Source: an uncultured virus (IMG/VR IMGVR_UViG_3300027708_002528)
Lineage: Duplodnaviria > Heunggongvirae > Uroviricota > Caudoviricetes
Length of the DNA stretch: 64,000 nt
IMG/VR virus record: IMGVR_UViG_3300027708_002528
Strand: one strand, 5' to 3'
The notes under the pieces are model-generated. The model ran no database searches and had not been told where the DNA came from. It saw only the letters and a list, made by a program, of their open reading frames with translations. Position numbers and translations under genes: made by a program. Shown piece after piece: positions 19,641 to 30,252 of the stretch (position 1 is its first letter; every line of letters starts with the position of its first letter).

Positions 19641-20933
19641 TTATTGCTGTTGAATGAATAACGAAGCATCGTTACGCATCTGGGTTGGTTCATCACCTAA
19701 TACAACTGGACTTAGACCATATCCGGGTGATGTATATCCTTGAAGAGCCGCGGCTTGAATTCTAGGCAATTCATATATTTGTTGATTCAATATTTTTAAT
19801 TCTTGTAATATTTGCGCCAATAATTCAATTTGAGTTTGACCTTCAAAGTTTGTAGTATCTTGAATGCCTAAAGCAACTTGATTGTTATAGCCAGCCGCAA
19901 CAATTGGCGTACTACCAGTATTGGAAGAACTTATCGCGGCATTACTTGATGGCAGTACTCTGTTACCGGTAATTAAATCACCAAGCGGTGTTGTAGCCAG
20001 TCTACGTGTTAAGTTTGCAGGGTCAATACCGCCGGCAATCAATGGGTTAGTAGTTGGTAGAGCACCAACCGCCGCGGCAGAACCTACTGATATTGTACCG
20101 GCAAGACCGCCAGTGACCGCAGCAGTACCTGCAAATTGTGATACGTTAATTGTCGCGCCAAGAGCAACACCGCTACTGTTCGTATTTCTTAGATAGTATG
20201 TGAATATACCGGCAGTTGTTGCTGTTATTTTGATAAATCGAGTAAAGGATGGGAAAATAGCAGAAGTCGATGCTGCAAGTCCAGATGCGCCGGATATTGA
20301 TAGGTTGGTGGTTACGTTTAAGCCGGTGATTGAACCAAAGTTAATACCGTCATTTGAACCGGTTACCGTTCCGACTAATGTCTGTGTCGTTATTGCAACG
20401 GTTTGATATCCTGTTGTATCGATGTTAACGAAACCACCCACACTCAAATATGATGAGAAAGGACCAATCGAGTCTGATGGTATCAAAGCACCTGTCGGAT
20501 CCTGTTTGGTTGTACCAGGCATTGGTGCGGTATATACCGGAGAATTATTTGTTGGATCCATTGCCAGTGATAATCGATCAACTGGATTGCTGGACACATA
20601 ATCATTACCTAATATTAATAATGATGCAGAACCTGAAATATTTGTTACGTTATACCTGATATATTTCGTATCTGCTTTGACTATATAAACACCGGCAACG
20701 TCAATCTGAGTTTTCGGTCCTAAACTCGATAACTCAGTAACTAATGTAGGAGTCCAATATACACCATCTTGTGAAGCTTCGACGGTAATAATTCCAGAAA
20801 ATGTATTACCTGAAACTTGCCAAACACTCTGAACATATCCTGTGGTATCAATTGCGGAACCTACACCTGTGGCAGTTAAAGTTCCATTGAATAATGTAGC
20901 ATTATCCGGATATTGAATGCCAATGTAAGACAT
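19641..20933 (-). CDS. Hypothetical virion protein
   Basis: 430 aa; two related IDTTGY beta-domains and a C-terminal helix (ELLAQILQELKILNQQI). Confidence 0.7.
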   Translation of the reverse strand: MSYIGIQYPDNATLFNGTLTATGVGSAIDTTGYVQSVWQVSGNTFSGIITVEASQDGVYWTPTLVTELSSLGPKTQIDVAGVYIVKADTKYIRYNVTNISGSASLLILGNDYVSSNPVDRLSLAMDPTNNSPVYTAPMPGTTKQDPTGALIPSDSIGPFSSYLSVGGFVNIDTTGYQTVAITTQTLVGTVTGSNDGINFGSITGLNVTTNLSISGASGLAASTSAIFPSFTRFIKITATTAGIFTYYLRNTNSSGVALGATINVSQFAGTAAVTGGLAGTISVGSAAAVGALPTTNPLIAGGIDPANLTRRLATTPLGDLITGNRVLPSSNAAISSSNTGSTPIVAAGYNNQVALGIQDTTNFEGQTQIELLAQILQELKILNQQIYELPRIQAAALQGYTSPGYGLSPVVLGDEPTQMRNDASLFIQQQ

Positions 20934-21253
20934 TAGGTTACCTCAATGGCAGAAACAATAACATCAACCGAAAACGATGATGCTACGTTGATAAAATTTC
21001 CTTGACCAACAATAATTTTATTTGAATCTATAACGTTCAATGAAGATCCAGATGGAATAAGAATATTTCTTGCTATATTTGCACTATAGTTGGAAGTGTT
21101 TGCTATCGTGACGTTAGCGACAGCCGTGTTTGCGGTATTATTACACAAAATTAATCCAATCATCGTGGCTTGTATACCCGATGTTGTTGGATTATAGACA
21201 ACCGTAGAAGTTGTCACGTTATTCGCTAGATAATTAGTATAGTTTATTGGCAT
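20933..21253 (-). CDS. Small hypothetical virion protein
   Basis: 106-aa beta-rich ORF (IGLILCN...IPSGSSL...DVIVSAIE); late promoter at 21259-21266. Confidence 0.7.
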   Translation of the reverse strand: MPINYTNYLANNVTTSTVVYNPTTSGIQATMIGLILCNNTANTAVANVTIANTSNYSANIARNILIPSGSSLNVIDSNKIIVGQGNFINVASSFSVDVIVSAIEVT

Positions 21254-21261
21254 AAAGTTAT

Positions 21262-21699
21262 TTATACTATAAAAGATTGAGCCAAGGCAATTTTAGATAT
21301 TTCAACTAAAGTTTGTGATGTTCCATATGAAACTTTTAAATTCGATGCCATTACTGTGTTATTTGCTGACGTAAATGCTAATGTCGAATTCGAGTTAACC
21401 AAATATCCTGTTGTGTTGGCATAGAAAATTGCGTTAGCTTGATATCCAGATAATACACTACTACCTCCAGACACGGCTGCTGTTGTTTGTCTTGTTCCAT
21501 CAGCAAACGTAATACCATTACTGGTAGGACCTGTTATGTATACGTTTCCTGTATACAAATTTCCTGTAATTCCTGCTCCCCCCAATACCTGAAGGCTACC
21601 GGTGGTGTTTGAATTCGCAACAGTGGTACCGTTAATATATAGAGTGGTATCTATATTTGCGGTACCGTAGATTCGTGTTCCTGATAATAGTTGTGCCAT
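21262..21699 (-). CDS. Short fibre-related protein
   Basis: Shares GSLQVLGGAGITGN, GITFADGTRQTTAA and SGY..NAIFYANTTGYLVNSN modules with the 1567-aa fibre. Confidence 0.7.
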   Translation of the reverse strand: MAQLLSGTRIYGTANIDTTLYINGTTVANSNTTGSLQVLGGAGITGNLYTGNVYITGPTSNGITFADGTRQTTAAVSGGSSVLSGYQANAIFYANTTGYLVNSNSTLAFTSANNTVMASNLKVSYGTSQTLVEISKIALAQSFIV

Positions 21700-21727
21700 T
21701 TTTACCTAGTATTGTATGATTGACTAT

Positions 21728-23578
21728 TTATGTCACAGTATTAACTTCATCAAAATTGCCCAGTATATAGACACCACCCACACTAGATACCCGCATAGCA
21801 GCCGGTTTACTTGATGTGTTTGCTTTAAATACGAATCCAGAAATCCTAATATTCTCTGCGTTTAATCCAATGTCTACTGTTGGTGAAGTGGATTGCGGAG
21901 ATACAATAGACTTGTAAATAACCACATCCGGATCTGAAGTCGATGCCACATTATATCCACTTGATGTATTAGCTGCAAATGTAGAGGTAACTCCCGATGC
22001 CACTCCTGCAATAACGAGCATTCCATTGAATGTACTAATAGAAGGACTTACGGTTACTGTTCCTGGCGTTGTAGGAGAATCTGAAGTATATGTGAAATTA
22101 GAAGTTGACTGACCGGTATTTGCTGACACTTCATCAAACAATGATGCATATACTATATTCGATGCGGAACGTACTATTCTAAATTTTCCATCACCAACTA
22201 CCTCATTAAAAATTCCATTTATTTGAAATATTCCATTGGATGATAATCTGGCCACAATTTTAGGTAACGGAGGCAAGACTGGAGGACTTTCCAGAGGATA
22301 ACGAAGCCAGAAAACTTTTACGTCTTGATCGCCAAATTGCTGAGTAGTCCATACCTTGAGCGTTGCTGATGTTGGTCGAGTAGAAGGAGGTGGAACAACT
22401 AAAAGCCATCTTGCATATCCTGATGCTGATGTACCTAGATCAGGAGCAACATATTGCTCAGAACCATTTACCCCCGCACCGGCTCCATAAGCATTACCAA
22501 AAGCACACTCATCAGTTATTGACTGATCTGCTCCACCGTCGTAACTGATTTTAGGTTGTTTTGTCGCGTCCGTAGTATATCCATTACCTGCAAAATATTG
22601 GTTTATTGATGATCCGGTTGCTCCAATGATTACGGCGCTACAATAGCTAGGGTTGTCGTAAATCGATTGGAACAATTTAGTTACATCAAAAGACACTAAT
22701 TTAACCGTATCGGTGTCGGTAACCGTTTGAGTAGCCCATGGAGTTGTTCCGTTTGCTACTCCAGTCGCATCCCACCAATCTCCTCCTCCGCCTGACGTAG
22801 CCCATAATTGAGGAATCGTATAATTAAAATTGGCTTTGTTTACGTAGTTGATATTGAATATTGAAGTGTTACTAGTCGGCCTTACTATACCTCGAAAGGC
22901 AATCACCATATACGCACTGGTCAAACTGCTAGTGGTTGTTGCAGTGTGTGTTCCTATAGATCCAGGTGTTGCTTTTTCTCCAGTATAACGAACAAATCCA
23001 CCACCATTACCAGAAGTTGTTCCGTTTCGAACACCTACTTGATCTGTGTTTGTTAACGCTGAGCCGCTTAGGTTTAGATTACTAAAAATCGAACCACTGA
23101 TACTACTATTTGGGCGGGTTGCAATTAACAAAATAGCGCAATCGGAAACCGTTGTTGTCAAACTTGGGAAAGTGATTGATGTAGAAGCAGTAGATTTTTG
23201 TCCTGTTGATATTACATCCCAAGGATTGCCAGATGTAATACACCCTCTTACCGCAAATAGCGCAGCAATAATATGATTGCCTCCGGAAGGCAAAATAACA
23301 TCTGGTTCTGGATTGCTTCCTGCAGTTGTTGTTATTCGTTTCCAGAAAACTTGAAGCTTTGATCCTGCGGTCGTCGCAACATCAACAACTGGTGATCCGG
23401 TTACCTGACTCCATCCTGAAGGAGTAGTAATCGTTAAAGTTGGATCACCGCCAGACGATTCAACGATAATGATGCCAACGTCATTAGGCTGATACAATCC
23501 CATCCATGAAAGCGTGACACTACCTGTACCGGTTGCGGAGCCGCTATCAAGACTTCCTGGAATAGTTGGAATTGCCAT
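21728..23578 (-). CDS. Multi-domain virion / receptor-binding protein with a DNRLRE/disaggregatase-like domain
   Basis: 616 aa; GGDWWDATG...TPWA, SFDVTKL, RWLL...SATLKVW motifs; repeated FNEV/FDEV motifs near the C-terminus. Confidence 0.6.
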   Translation of the reverse strand: MAIPTIPGSLDSGSATGTGSVTLSWMGLYQPNDVGIIIVESSGGDPTLTITTPSGWSQVTGSPVVDVATTAGSKLQVFWKRITTTAGSNPEPDVILPSGGNHIIAALFAVRGCITSGNPWDVISTGQKSTASTSITFPSLTTTVSDCAILLIATRPNSSISGSIFSNLNLSGSALTNTDQVGVRNGTTSGNGGGFVRYTGEKATPGSIGTHTATTTSSLTSAYMVIAFRGIVRPTSNTSIFNINYVNKANFNYTIPQLWATSGGGGDWWDATGVANGTTPWATQTVTDTDTVKLVSFDVTKLFQSIYDNPSYCSAVIIGATGSSINQYFAGNGYTTDATKQPKISYDGGADQSITDECAFGNAYGAGAGVNGSEQYVAPDLGTSASGYARWLLVVPPPSTRPTSATLKVWTTQQFGDQDVKVFWLRYPLESPPVLPPLPKIVARLSSNGIFQINGIFNEVVGDGKFRIVRSASNIVYASLFDEVSANTGQSTSNFTYTSDSPTTPGTVTVSPSISTFNGMLVIAGVASGVTSTFAANTSSGYNVASTSDPDVVIYKSIVSPQSTSPTVDIGLNAENIRISGFVFKANTSSKPAAMRVSSVGGVYILGNFDEVNTVT

Positions 23579-23602
23579 AATTAAACACCAAGAATTATAT
23601 TG

Positions 23603-26600
23603 TTATTGAAAATAAAAATCCAAACTATTCAATGTTGCATTAAATATAATACTTGCCGTATTGGATGTTGTGGTGTTAGCTATAGTCACCGTACCATTTG
23701 ACCGAACGTTTGCTGTTAGCAGAGTATTATTTGACGAGGTGTATGCTAACAATGTATTAGCATTAACCAAATATCCTGTCGTGTTAGCGAATATAATTCC
23801 ATTGGCTGAATAACCTGATGTCGCAGCATTAGCGACTACAAATGCCGCGTTAGCTTGAGCAAATGAAGCATTGGCTGTAGATCGCGCAAAAGTATCCGTT
23901 GCCGATCCACTAGCTGACGTTGTTTGAGTAGTTCCATCCGGAAATGTAATTCCTGTTGATGTCACATATAAACTAGGAACAGTAATATTTGCTACACTTA
24001 ATGTATTATTCGAAGACGTAAATGCTAACGATGCGTTGGAGTTGACTAGATACCCTGTTGTGTTAGCAAATATGATTCCATTAGCAGAATATCCTGATGC
24101 AGAGACTCCCCCACCTCCAGATACAGTTATAGCCGTATTAGTCAGTGATGTTATTCTTCCATATGCATCGGTTGTAATAACAGGAACATACAATCCGTTT
24201 GCCGAAGATGTTGTAGCTGATCCTACGTTTGCAAGAGAAACAAATGCTGTACCATTACTTGTTATTAATGATCCTGTCGTAAATGTTGCATTGTTGGTTC
24301 CTCCAGATGTAACTGGAATAACTGAAGAAGCTGTTATAGACAGTACTCTACCATATGCATCTAATTGTAGAGAGGTTGGTATTGCATATGTTCCTGAAGT
24401 TATACCTGTCGTTGCTAAATCGACCTGTATATTTCCCGTTGAGTTATTGGTTGTTAATCTAGCCGTCGATGCAGGTGTTAATGAAATAACACCTGCATTT
24501 GTAATTAATACGTTTCCTTTTCCTGGAGAAACGTTAGAAGATAATCCTGCACCTACAGTTAAAGTTATTACTGCGTTTGATGCAATGACATATGCAGAAT
24601 TAGCCTGAGTATACGCCGCATTTGCCGTGGATCGTGCATATGAATCTGTTCCTGTTCCACTAGCCGCCGTTGTTTGAGTAGTTCCATCCGAGAACGTGAT
24701 GCCTGTTGATGTAACATACAAAGTAGGAACAGTAATGTTCGATGCTATTAATGTATTATTTGCTGACGTAAATGCTAACGATGTGTTAGAGTTAACCAGA
24801 TACCCTGTTGCGTTAGCGAATATAATTCCGTTAGCTGCGTAGCCTGATGTTGCCGCATTAGCTTTGATGAATGCGGCATTGGCTTGCGCAAACGATGCAT
24901 TGGCATTCGCAAAAGCCGCGTTAGCTTGAGCAAAAGATCCATTAGCTTGAGCAAATGCTGCGTTAGCGTTTGTTGTTGCTACGTTAGCCTGTGCAAATGA
25001 AGCATCCGCATTTGCTGTTGCTGTATTAGCTTGAGTATATCCACTATTAGCTTTTGTAAATGCTGCGTTGGCTTGAGCATATCCACTATTAGCCTGAGCA
25101 AAAGAAGCATTAGCGTTAGCAAAAGCCGCGTTTGCATTAGCAAAAGATCCATTAGCCTGAGCAAATGCTGCGTTAGCGTTTGTCGTTGCCACATTGGATT
25201 GCGCAAATGCCGCATTGGCATTTGTCGTTGCTACGTTAGCTTGAGCAAAGGAAGCGTTAGCGTTAGCAAAAGCGGCATTGGCTTGAGCAAAGGAAGCGTT
25301 AGCGTTAGCGAAAGCAGCATTAGCCTGTGCAAAAGCAGCATTGGCATTTGCTCTTGCGGTAGCATCGGTTGCCGCTCCGCCCGAGGCTGTTGTTTGAGTA
25401 GTTCCATCTGAGAATGTAATACCAGTCGCCGTTGTTAGATATAACTTTGGCGTAGAAATATTTGCTACACTTAATGTGTTATTCGAAGATGTAAATGCTA
25501 AAGATGCATTTGCATTAACCAAATATCCAGTGCTATTAGCGAATATGATTCCGTTGGATGAATATCCTGATGTTGCAGCATTAGCAACTAAAAATGCAGC
25601 GTTGGCATTTGCAAAAGCGGCATTGGCTTGAGCAAAGGAAGCATTAGCATTAGCAAAAGCAGCCGCCGAGCTATATTTTGCTGTGTTTGCAATCGTATAG
25701 ATAAATGCTGCGATATTCGAACTGGCTGGAGTTGTTGTAGACCTATCTGTTGATGCGGTTACACTATCTCCGTTCGCACCATCCGCTCTTGTTAGGATAT
25801 CTGAATATAATCCATTGCCTTCGCTTAGTTCAAATTGTTTGTTAGTTTCTGAATAAACGATATATGCGTTAGTTGCAGATCCTCGATTAATGATAATTCC
25901 GGAATTGCTTGTTGGTGCAACCGTATTGGCTAATCCTGCATTGATAACAATAAATGTATTGCTTACTGCAAGATTGGCGGTAGTAACCGTTGTAAAACTA
26001 CCTTGAACAGTTAAATTTCCATTTATAGTTACATTGCTTGTAAAGGTAACATTTCCCGAAACACTTTGTCCTGCCGCACTTGTTAATTGAACAAATGTTG
26101 AGTTTGCATAGTTATTAGCTTGTGCACCTACGGTATTAGCCCAAGTATTGGCTTGAGAAATTACTGTTTGCGCATATGAATTTGCATTGATCGCAATAGT
26201 TAATGCTGAATTAGCCTGTGCGTAAGCAGAGTTTGCATTTGCAAAAGCGGCATTGGCTTGTACGAAAGCCGCGTTAGCATTTGCCCTTGCAGTAGTATCT
26301 ATTCCTGTTCCGCTAGCCGCCGTTGTCTGAGTAGTTCCATCCGAGAATGTAATACCTGTTGTCGTCGTTAGATATAATTTAGGAACAGTAATGTTTGATG
26401 CTATTAGAGTATTATTTGACGTTGTAAATGCTAACGATGCATTAGCATTAACCAAATATCCTGTTGTGTTAGCAAATATAATTCCGTTCGATGAATATCC
26501 TGATGGTGTGGCGTTAGCTTTTGAAAACGCTGCATTTGCTTGTGCAAAAGACGCATTGGCATTTGCAAAGGAGGCATTAGCTTGAGCAAAAGACGCGTTG

Positions 26601-28306
26601 GCATTGGCGAATGCTGCATTAGCTTGAGCAAAGGATGAATTTGCATTTGCAAAGGAGGCATTTGAAAACGCATAAGGTCCTGCTGCGGTATTTTGTGATG
26701 TTCCGTCAGCAAAAGTAATTGGTTGAGAGTATAGTACCAATCCTTTGTTGAATTTGAATCTAGCAACCTCATTCGCGGTTGTGTTTCCGTTTAATCCAAA
26801 TATAATATCTTTACCGGTGGTTGTGCTTAATACTAAATTTCCTCCTCCGGTTATTGTATTTCCTGCTACGTATAAGTAGCCATCATTGAGTCCAGTTAGA
26901 TTATATGCCGATTGATTATAGGTTGATGAATTTATACCTAAATCGATATACGTATCGTTATCGGATCCGTTATCTGCGGTAACTACCACATCACCGGATG
27001 CATTGTTTCCTGAGTTTAAATTTTGTACTACAACCTGACTGAATGAGTTTACATTTCCAAGAGCGGAAACAATAGGGTTAGCAAAAGTTATACTTCCATA
27101 CGAATTACCAAAAAATCCAGATTGACCTACGTGAACGTTTCCGCCTAATGTTGCTCCACCATATACTTGAAGTGCACCTGTATTCGCAGCCGCCGACGAT
27201 GAAGTATTCGTGATTGTTAATACGCCACTTAACGTTCCACCTGTTGTGCTTAATGATGAATTTGCTGCATTGAATGCTGCATTGGCTTGAGCAAATGCTC
27301 CGTTAGACTGAGCGAATGCCGCATTGGCATTTGTCGTTGCAATATTAGCTTGAGCGAACGATGAATTAGCATTTGCAAAAGCAGCATTAGCTTGTGCAAA
27401 GGATGCATTGGCATTTGCAAAAGCAGCATTAGCTTGTGCAAAGGATGCATTTGCCTTTGCAAAAGCTCCGTTTGATAATATTGATGTATTGGCTTGATCG
27501 AACGCGGCATTGGCGGCCGCATATGCTGCATTGGCGATAGTTATAATGCGTATATTTTGATCATATACTCCATCGGAGTAAACCGTTCCTTGAACGCCAA
27601 CCCCGCCCGTTACTACCAATGAACCTGTAGCATTATTTGTAGATGCTACGCCTGTCTTTATTAATAACCCTTGATTTATTTTAAATCGAGCGGTTTCATT
27701 TGATGCTTGAGTTCCGCCTTGAATGAATACAATATCTCCATAGCCAGCGGTAATTGCTGCAATTACAACATTCGACCCTTCCACATGACCATCATTACCT
27801 TGACCTACTAAGTATGAGTCTAGAGGTAGAAATCCTGTTCCGAAGTAATTAGTAGAACCCGATTTACCTAAATCAGTATAATATGCTGTATCGGATCCAA
27901 CATCCGCAGTCGCTACATAATCTGATGATCCTTGTCCGTTAATATTTTGTATATTAACTTGAGTGTATATTGGTTTGGAATCGGTGAATTGAGCAATGGT
28001 GTTTGGGAGGATAGTAAATCCGGGAGATCCCACGTTCAATCGAGTTATAACGTTTGCTTGACCTGATACATTAAGATTACTATTGATGGTAAGCGATCCA
28101 GTCATTGTATCGCCGGATCTGCTTACGCTATTGTTTGCTGTGTTAGAAGATGAGTTAGCCTTAGCAAAAGCCGCATTCGCCTGAACAAATGCTGCATTGG
28201 CAACGATTGCCGATTGCAAACCAGATTGACTTCCGTAAGATATGGTCGTTACGGTAGGAGTTTGTTGATTATTTAATTGTACTTTTACGTTATTGATAGT
28301 CGTCAT
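23603..28306 (-). CDS. Long repetitive tail-fibre-like protein
   Basis: 1567 aa; many ANAAFAQ/ANASFAQ heptads interleaved with repeated SGYSxNGIIFANxTGYLVN and GITFSDGTTQTTAA modules. Confidence 0.8.
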   Translation of the reverse strand: MTTINNVKVQLNNQQTPTVTTISYGSQSGLQSAIVANAAFVQANAAFAKANSSSNTANNSVSRSGDTMTGSLTINSNLNVSGQANVITRLNVGSPGFTILPNTIAQFTDSKPIYTQVNIQNINGQGSSDYVATADVGSDTAYYTDLGKSGSTNYFGTGFLPLDSYLVGQGNDGHVEGSNVVIAAITAGYGDIVFIQGGTQASNETARFKINQGLLIKTGVASTNNATGSLVVTGGVGVQGTVYSDGVYDQNIRIITIANAAYAAANAAFDQANTSILSNGAFAKANASFAQANAAFANANASFAQANAAFANANSSFAQANIATTNANAAFAQSNGAFAQANAAFNAANSSLSTTGGTLSGVLTITNTSSSAAANTGALQVYGGATLGGNVHVGQSGFFGNSYGSITFANPIVSALGNVNSFSQVVVQNLNSGNNASGDVVVTADNGSDNDTYIDLGINSSTYNQSAYNLTGLNDGYLYVAGNTITGGGNLVLSTTTGKDIIFGLNGNTTANEVARFKFNKGLVLYSQPITFADGTSQNTAAGPYAFSNASFANANSSFAQANAAFANANASFAQANASFANANASFAQANAAFSKANATPSGYSSNGIIFANTTGYLVNANASLAFTTSNNTLIASNITVPKLYLTTTTGITFSDGTTQTTAASGTGIDTTARANANAAFVQANAAFANANSAYAQANSALTIAINANSYAQTVISQANTWANTVGAQANNYANSTFVQLTSAAGQSVSGNVTFTSNVTINGNLTVQGSFTTVTTANLAVSNTFIVINAGLANTVAPTSNSGIIINRGSATNAYIVYSETNKQFELSEGNGLYSDILTRADGANGDSVTASTDRSTTTPASSNIAAFIYTIANTAKYSSAAAFANANASFAQANAAFANANAAFLVANAATSGYSSNGIIFANSTGYLVNANASLAFTSSNNTLSVANISTPKLYLTTATGITFSDGTTQTTASGGAATDATARANANAAFAQANAAFANANASFAQANAAFANANASFAQANVATTNANAAFAQSNVATTNANAAFAQANGSFANANAAFANANASFAQANSGYAQANAAFTKANSGYTQANTATANADASFAQANVATTNANAAFAQANGSFAQANAAFANANASFAQANAAFIKANAATSGYAANGIIFANATGYLVNSNTSLAFTSANNTLIASNITVPTLYVTSTGITFSDGTTQTTAASGTGTDSYARSTANAAYTQANSAYVIASNAVITLTVGAGLSSNVSPGKGNVLITNAGVISLTPASTARLTTNNSTGNIQVDLATTGITSGTYAIPTSLQLDAYGRVLSITASSVIPVTSGGTNNATFTTGSLITSNGTAFVSLANVGSATTSSANGLYVPVITTDAYGRITSLTNTAITVSGGGGVSASGYSANGIIFANTTGYLVNSNASLAFTSSNNTLSVANITVPSLYVTSTGITFPDGTTQTTSASGSATDTFARSTANASFAQANAAFVVANAATSGYSANGIIFANTTGYLVNANTLLAYTSSNNTLLTANVRSNGTVTIANTTTSNTASIIFNATLNSLDFYFQ

Positions 28307-28313
28307 TTGTAGA

Positions 28314-28658
28314 TTATTTCGTAACTTGTGGAGTAACTACAATAATTCCTTCCAACACGCGAGTAGATACTCCTAATGTGTCGGTAGCGCGAATATCATA
28401 TACATATCTTCCGGCTCTAATGTTTGCAGTATTTGCCGCACTTAAAGTCATTGATATGATACCATTTGAGGTATACGTTGAGTCTGAAGATATCATAAAT
28501 GATGCCGTCGAATTTGCGGAGTAGTATGATTTCCGCATTTGACTTTGTAGCGTATAACCCGTAAAATTATACGGCAATCCATTTACCGCATCTACTGTAA
28601 TGGATGCGTTAAAGGTGGCACCTTGCTCCATTAGAAGTTCTTGATAACCTGCTGACAT
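28314..28658 (-). CDS. Small virion protein (BppU N-terminal-like Ig fold)
   Basis: EQGATF...NFTGYT..SQMRKSY...LSAANTANIRAGRYVYDI...RVLEGIIVVTPQVT. Confidence 0.7.
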   Translation of the reverse strand: MSAGYQELLMEQGATFNASITVDAVNGLPYNFTGYTLQSQMRKSYYSANSTASFMISSDSTYTSNGIISMTLSAANTANIRAGRYVYDIRATDTLGVSTRVLEGIIVVTPQVTK

Positions 28659-28712
28659 AGTAGAGTCCTTTGGTAACTTCTACTATTTAGTTGAATTTAA
28701 TGCTTCGATTAC

Positions 28713-30026
28713 CTATTTTGATTTCTTCAATTCATCAATTTCAGCTTTGAGTTCCTTTATCGCTTCAACTAATACCCCGACTATGTTTCCATATGCAATG
28801 GAAAGCATCTTATCGTCACTGTTTTCTAGTACGATTTCCGGTAATACTTTTTGAGTTTCTTGTGCAATTAGACCAAGACCTCTTATTCCGGATTTATCGA
28901 AAGACACTCCGCGGAGTTGTAGAACTTTAGCTAAAGCATTTTCAATCGTTTCGATATTACTCTTCAGTCGGCGATCCGAATATGCGGTAACGTTTCCTAC
29001 ACAATATAAGTCTCCTGATGGATTGGTGGTCCATCGTACTCCCGCTCCTGAGTCATATAAACCAATATTATAATCCGATGTTCTTCCGAAGAAATAAGCA
29101 TATCTACCTGATCCAAAATTCCAACCAATGTCTTTTTCAACGCCACTTGATGCATCAGTAAAATAGTTACCTGCATTATTGATTCCCCCTTCCGCACAAT
29201 TAATAGCGCCGGGGAATAAAGTTCCTGGTATTGTATAGTTTCCCGAATCGGATAAAGCAGAAATTACTGCGTTGTTTGCGTTGTTTACGATTTCATACGA
29301 TCCCGCAGGACTTATTCTAAAAGTTTTGCTAGGAAGTGTGGCGCCTCCTGATGTGTTTCTCATAGTCCAAGCAGCACCGTAATTGACACCGGTTGTATTC
29401 GCACTGTAGATTCCTAATCCATATCCTGTAGTATTAATTACAGTAGTTCCAGTTAAGGTTCCTCCTGTTCTAGGAAATGCATTATTTGCTGTTACGAACG
29501 ATGCGTTGGCAGTATTAAATGCAGCGTTTGCTTGGTTAAACCCAGCCGCAGCAGCCTGTCCTGATATAATTGCTTGTATTGTTCCGGTATTGGCTTGAGA
29601 ATATGCTGAATTCAAATATGCATTGTTAAGCGTTCCTACCGTAATCGTATTTGACGTTAAATTGTTTGATGTTAACAATAACGTCGATATGATGTTAGGT
29701 GACGTTATATGGTCGCTAGCCAATAATGTGTTTGCAGTTGCAGTATTAGCGACCACTGACGCCGTACCTACTCCTAGAACCGTAAGGTTTGCTTGTGCGG
29801 TAATGTCTCCTTTTACGGTCAATGTTCCGTTGACAATCGCCGTTTGGATTAATGCCGTGTCGTTTACTTGAAGACTTGTTCCTGTTGAATTGATAATCAA
29901 CGATCCAGTATTCTTTGTATAGTTGTTTGCACCCAAGTTATTCAGTTCGATAGCAACTGAATTTTGTTGAATTATTAAGTCTCCAAATGTATTAAGATAA
30001 CTTAAAACTGATACTGTATTTGCCAT
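28713..30026 (-). CDS. Tail fibre with C-terminal intramolecular chaperone (peptidase S74-like)
   Basis: GNVTAYSDRRLKSNIETIENAL...LRGVSF...GLIAQETQKVLPE...LVEAIKELKAEIDELK. Confidence 0.88.
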   Translation of the reverse strand: MANTVSVLSYLNTFGDLIIQQNSVAIELNNLGANNYTKNTGSLIINSTGTSLQVNDTALIQTAIVNGTLTVKGDITAQANLTVLGVGTASVVANTATANTLLASDHITSPNIISTLLLTSNNLTSNTITVGTLNNAYLNSAYSQANTGTIQAIISGQAAAAGFNQANAAFNTANASFVTANNAFPRTGGTLTGTTVINTTGYGLGIYSANTTGVNYGAAWTMRNTSGGATLPSKTFRISPAGSYEIVNNANNAVISALSDSGNYTIPGTLFPGAINCAEGGINNAGNYFTDASSGVEKDIGWNFGSGRYAYFFGRTSDYNIGLYDSGAGVRWTTNPSGDLYCVGNVTAYSDRRLKSNIETIENALAKVLQLRGVSFDKSGIRGLGLIAQETQKVLPEIVLENSDDKMLSIAYGNIVGVLVEAIKELKAEIDELKKSK

Positions 30027-30029
30027 GGA

Positions 30030-30251
30030 TTAGTTTCTCGTTGATAATTGAATCAAAAGGCTTTTTATTTCGGACATCTGAGATTTGATTTCATCAATGT
30101 CTGATTTAATATTATTTATTTCTTCTTTTTGACCTTTTAATAGTTTAGCTTTTGCGTAATATTCATCTCTAGCGGTCGTATCAACGTTTATTAATGCCAT
30201 TGAATTGGTATCGCGCACAAATGTAGAATCTTCCACTTTAACTAGTGCCAT
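30030..30251 (-). CDS. Small coiled-coil hypothetical protein
   Basis: 73 aa, KVEDSTFVRDTNSMALIN plus a coiled coil; follows the large structural gene. Confidence 0.7.
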   Translation of the reverse strand: MALVKVEDSTFVRDTNSMALINVDTTARDEYYAKAKLLKGQKEEINNIKSDIDEIKSQMSEIKSLLIQLSTRN

Positions 30252-30252
30252 T

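Noticed and set aside
24800..27540. CRISPR-like or other non-coding repeat array
   Set aside because: The repeats are 21-nt in-frame coding heptads with synonymous variation and no unique spacers.
21262..30026. Diversity-generating retroelement or invertase cassette acting on the fibre repeats
   Set aside because: No reverse transcriptase or recombinase in the window. The repeats all lie in coding frames and do not look adenine-specific in their differences.
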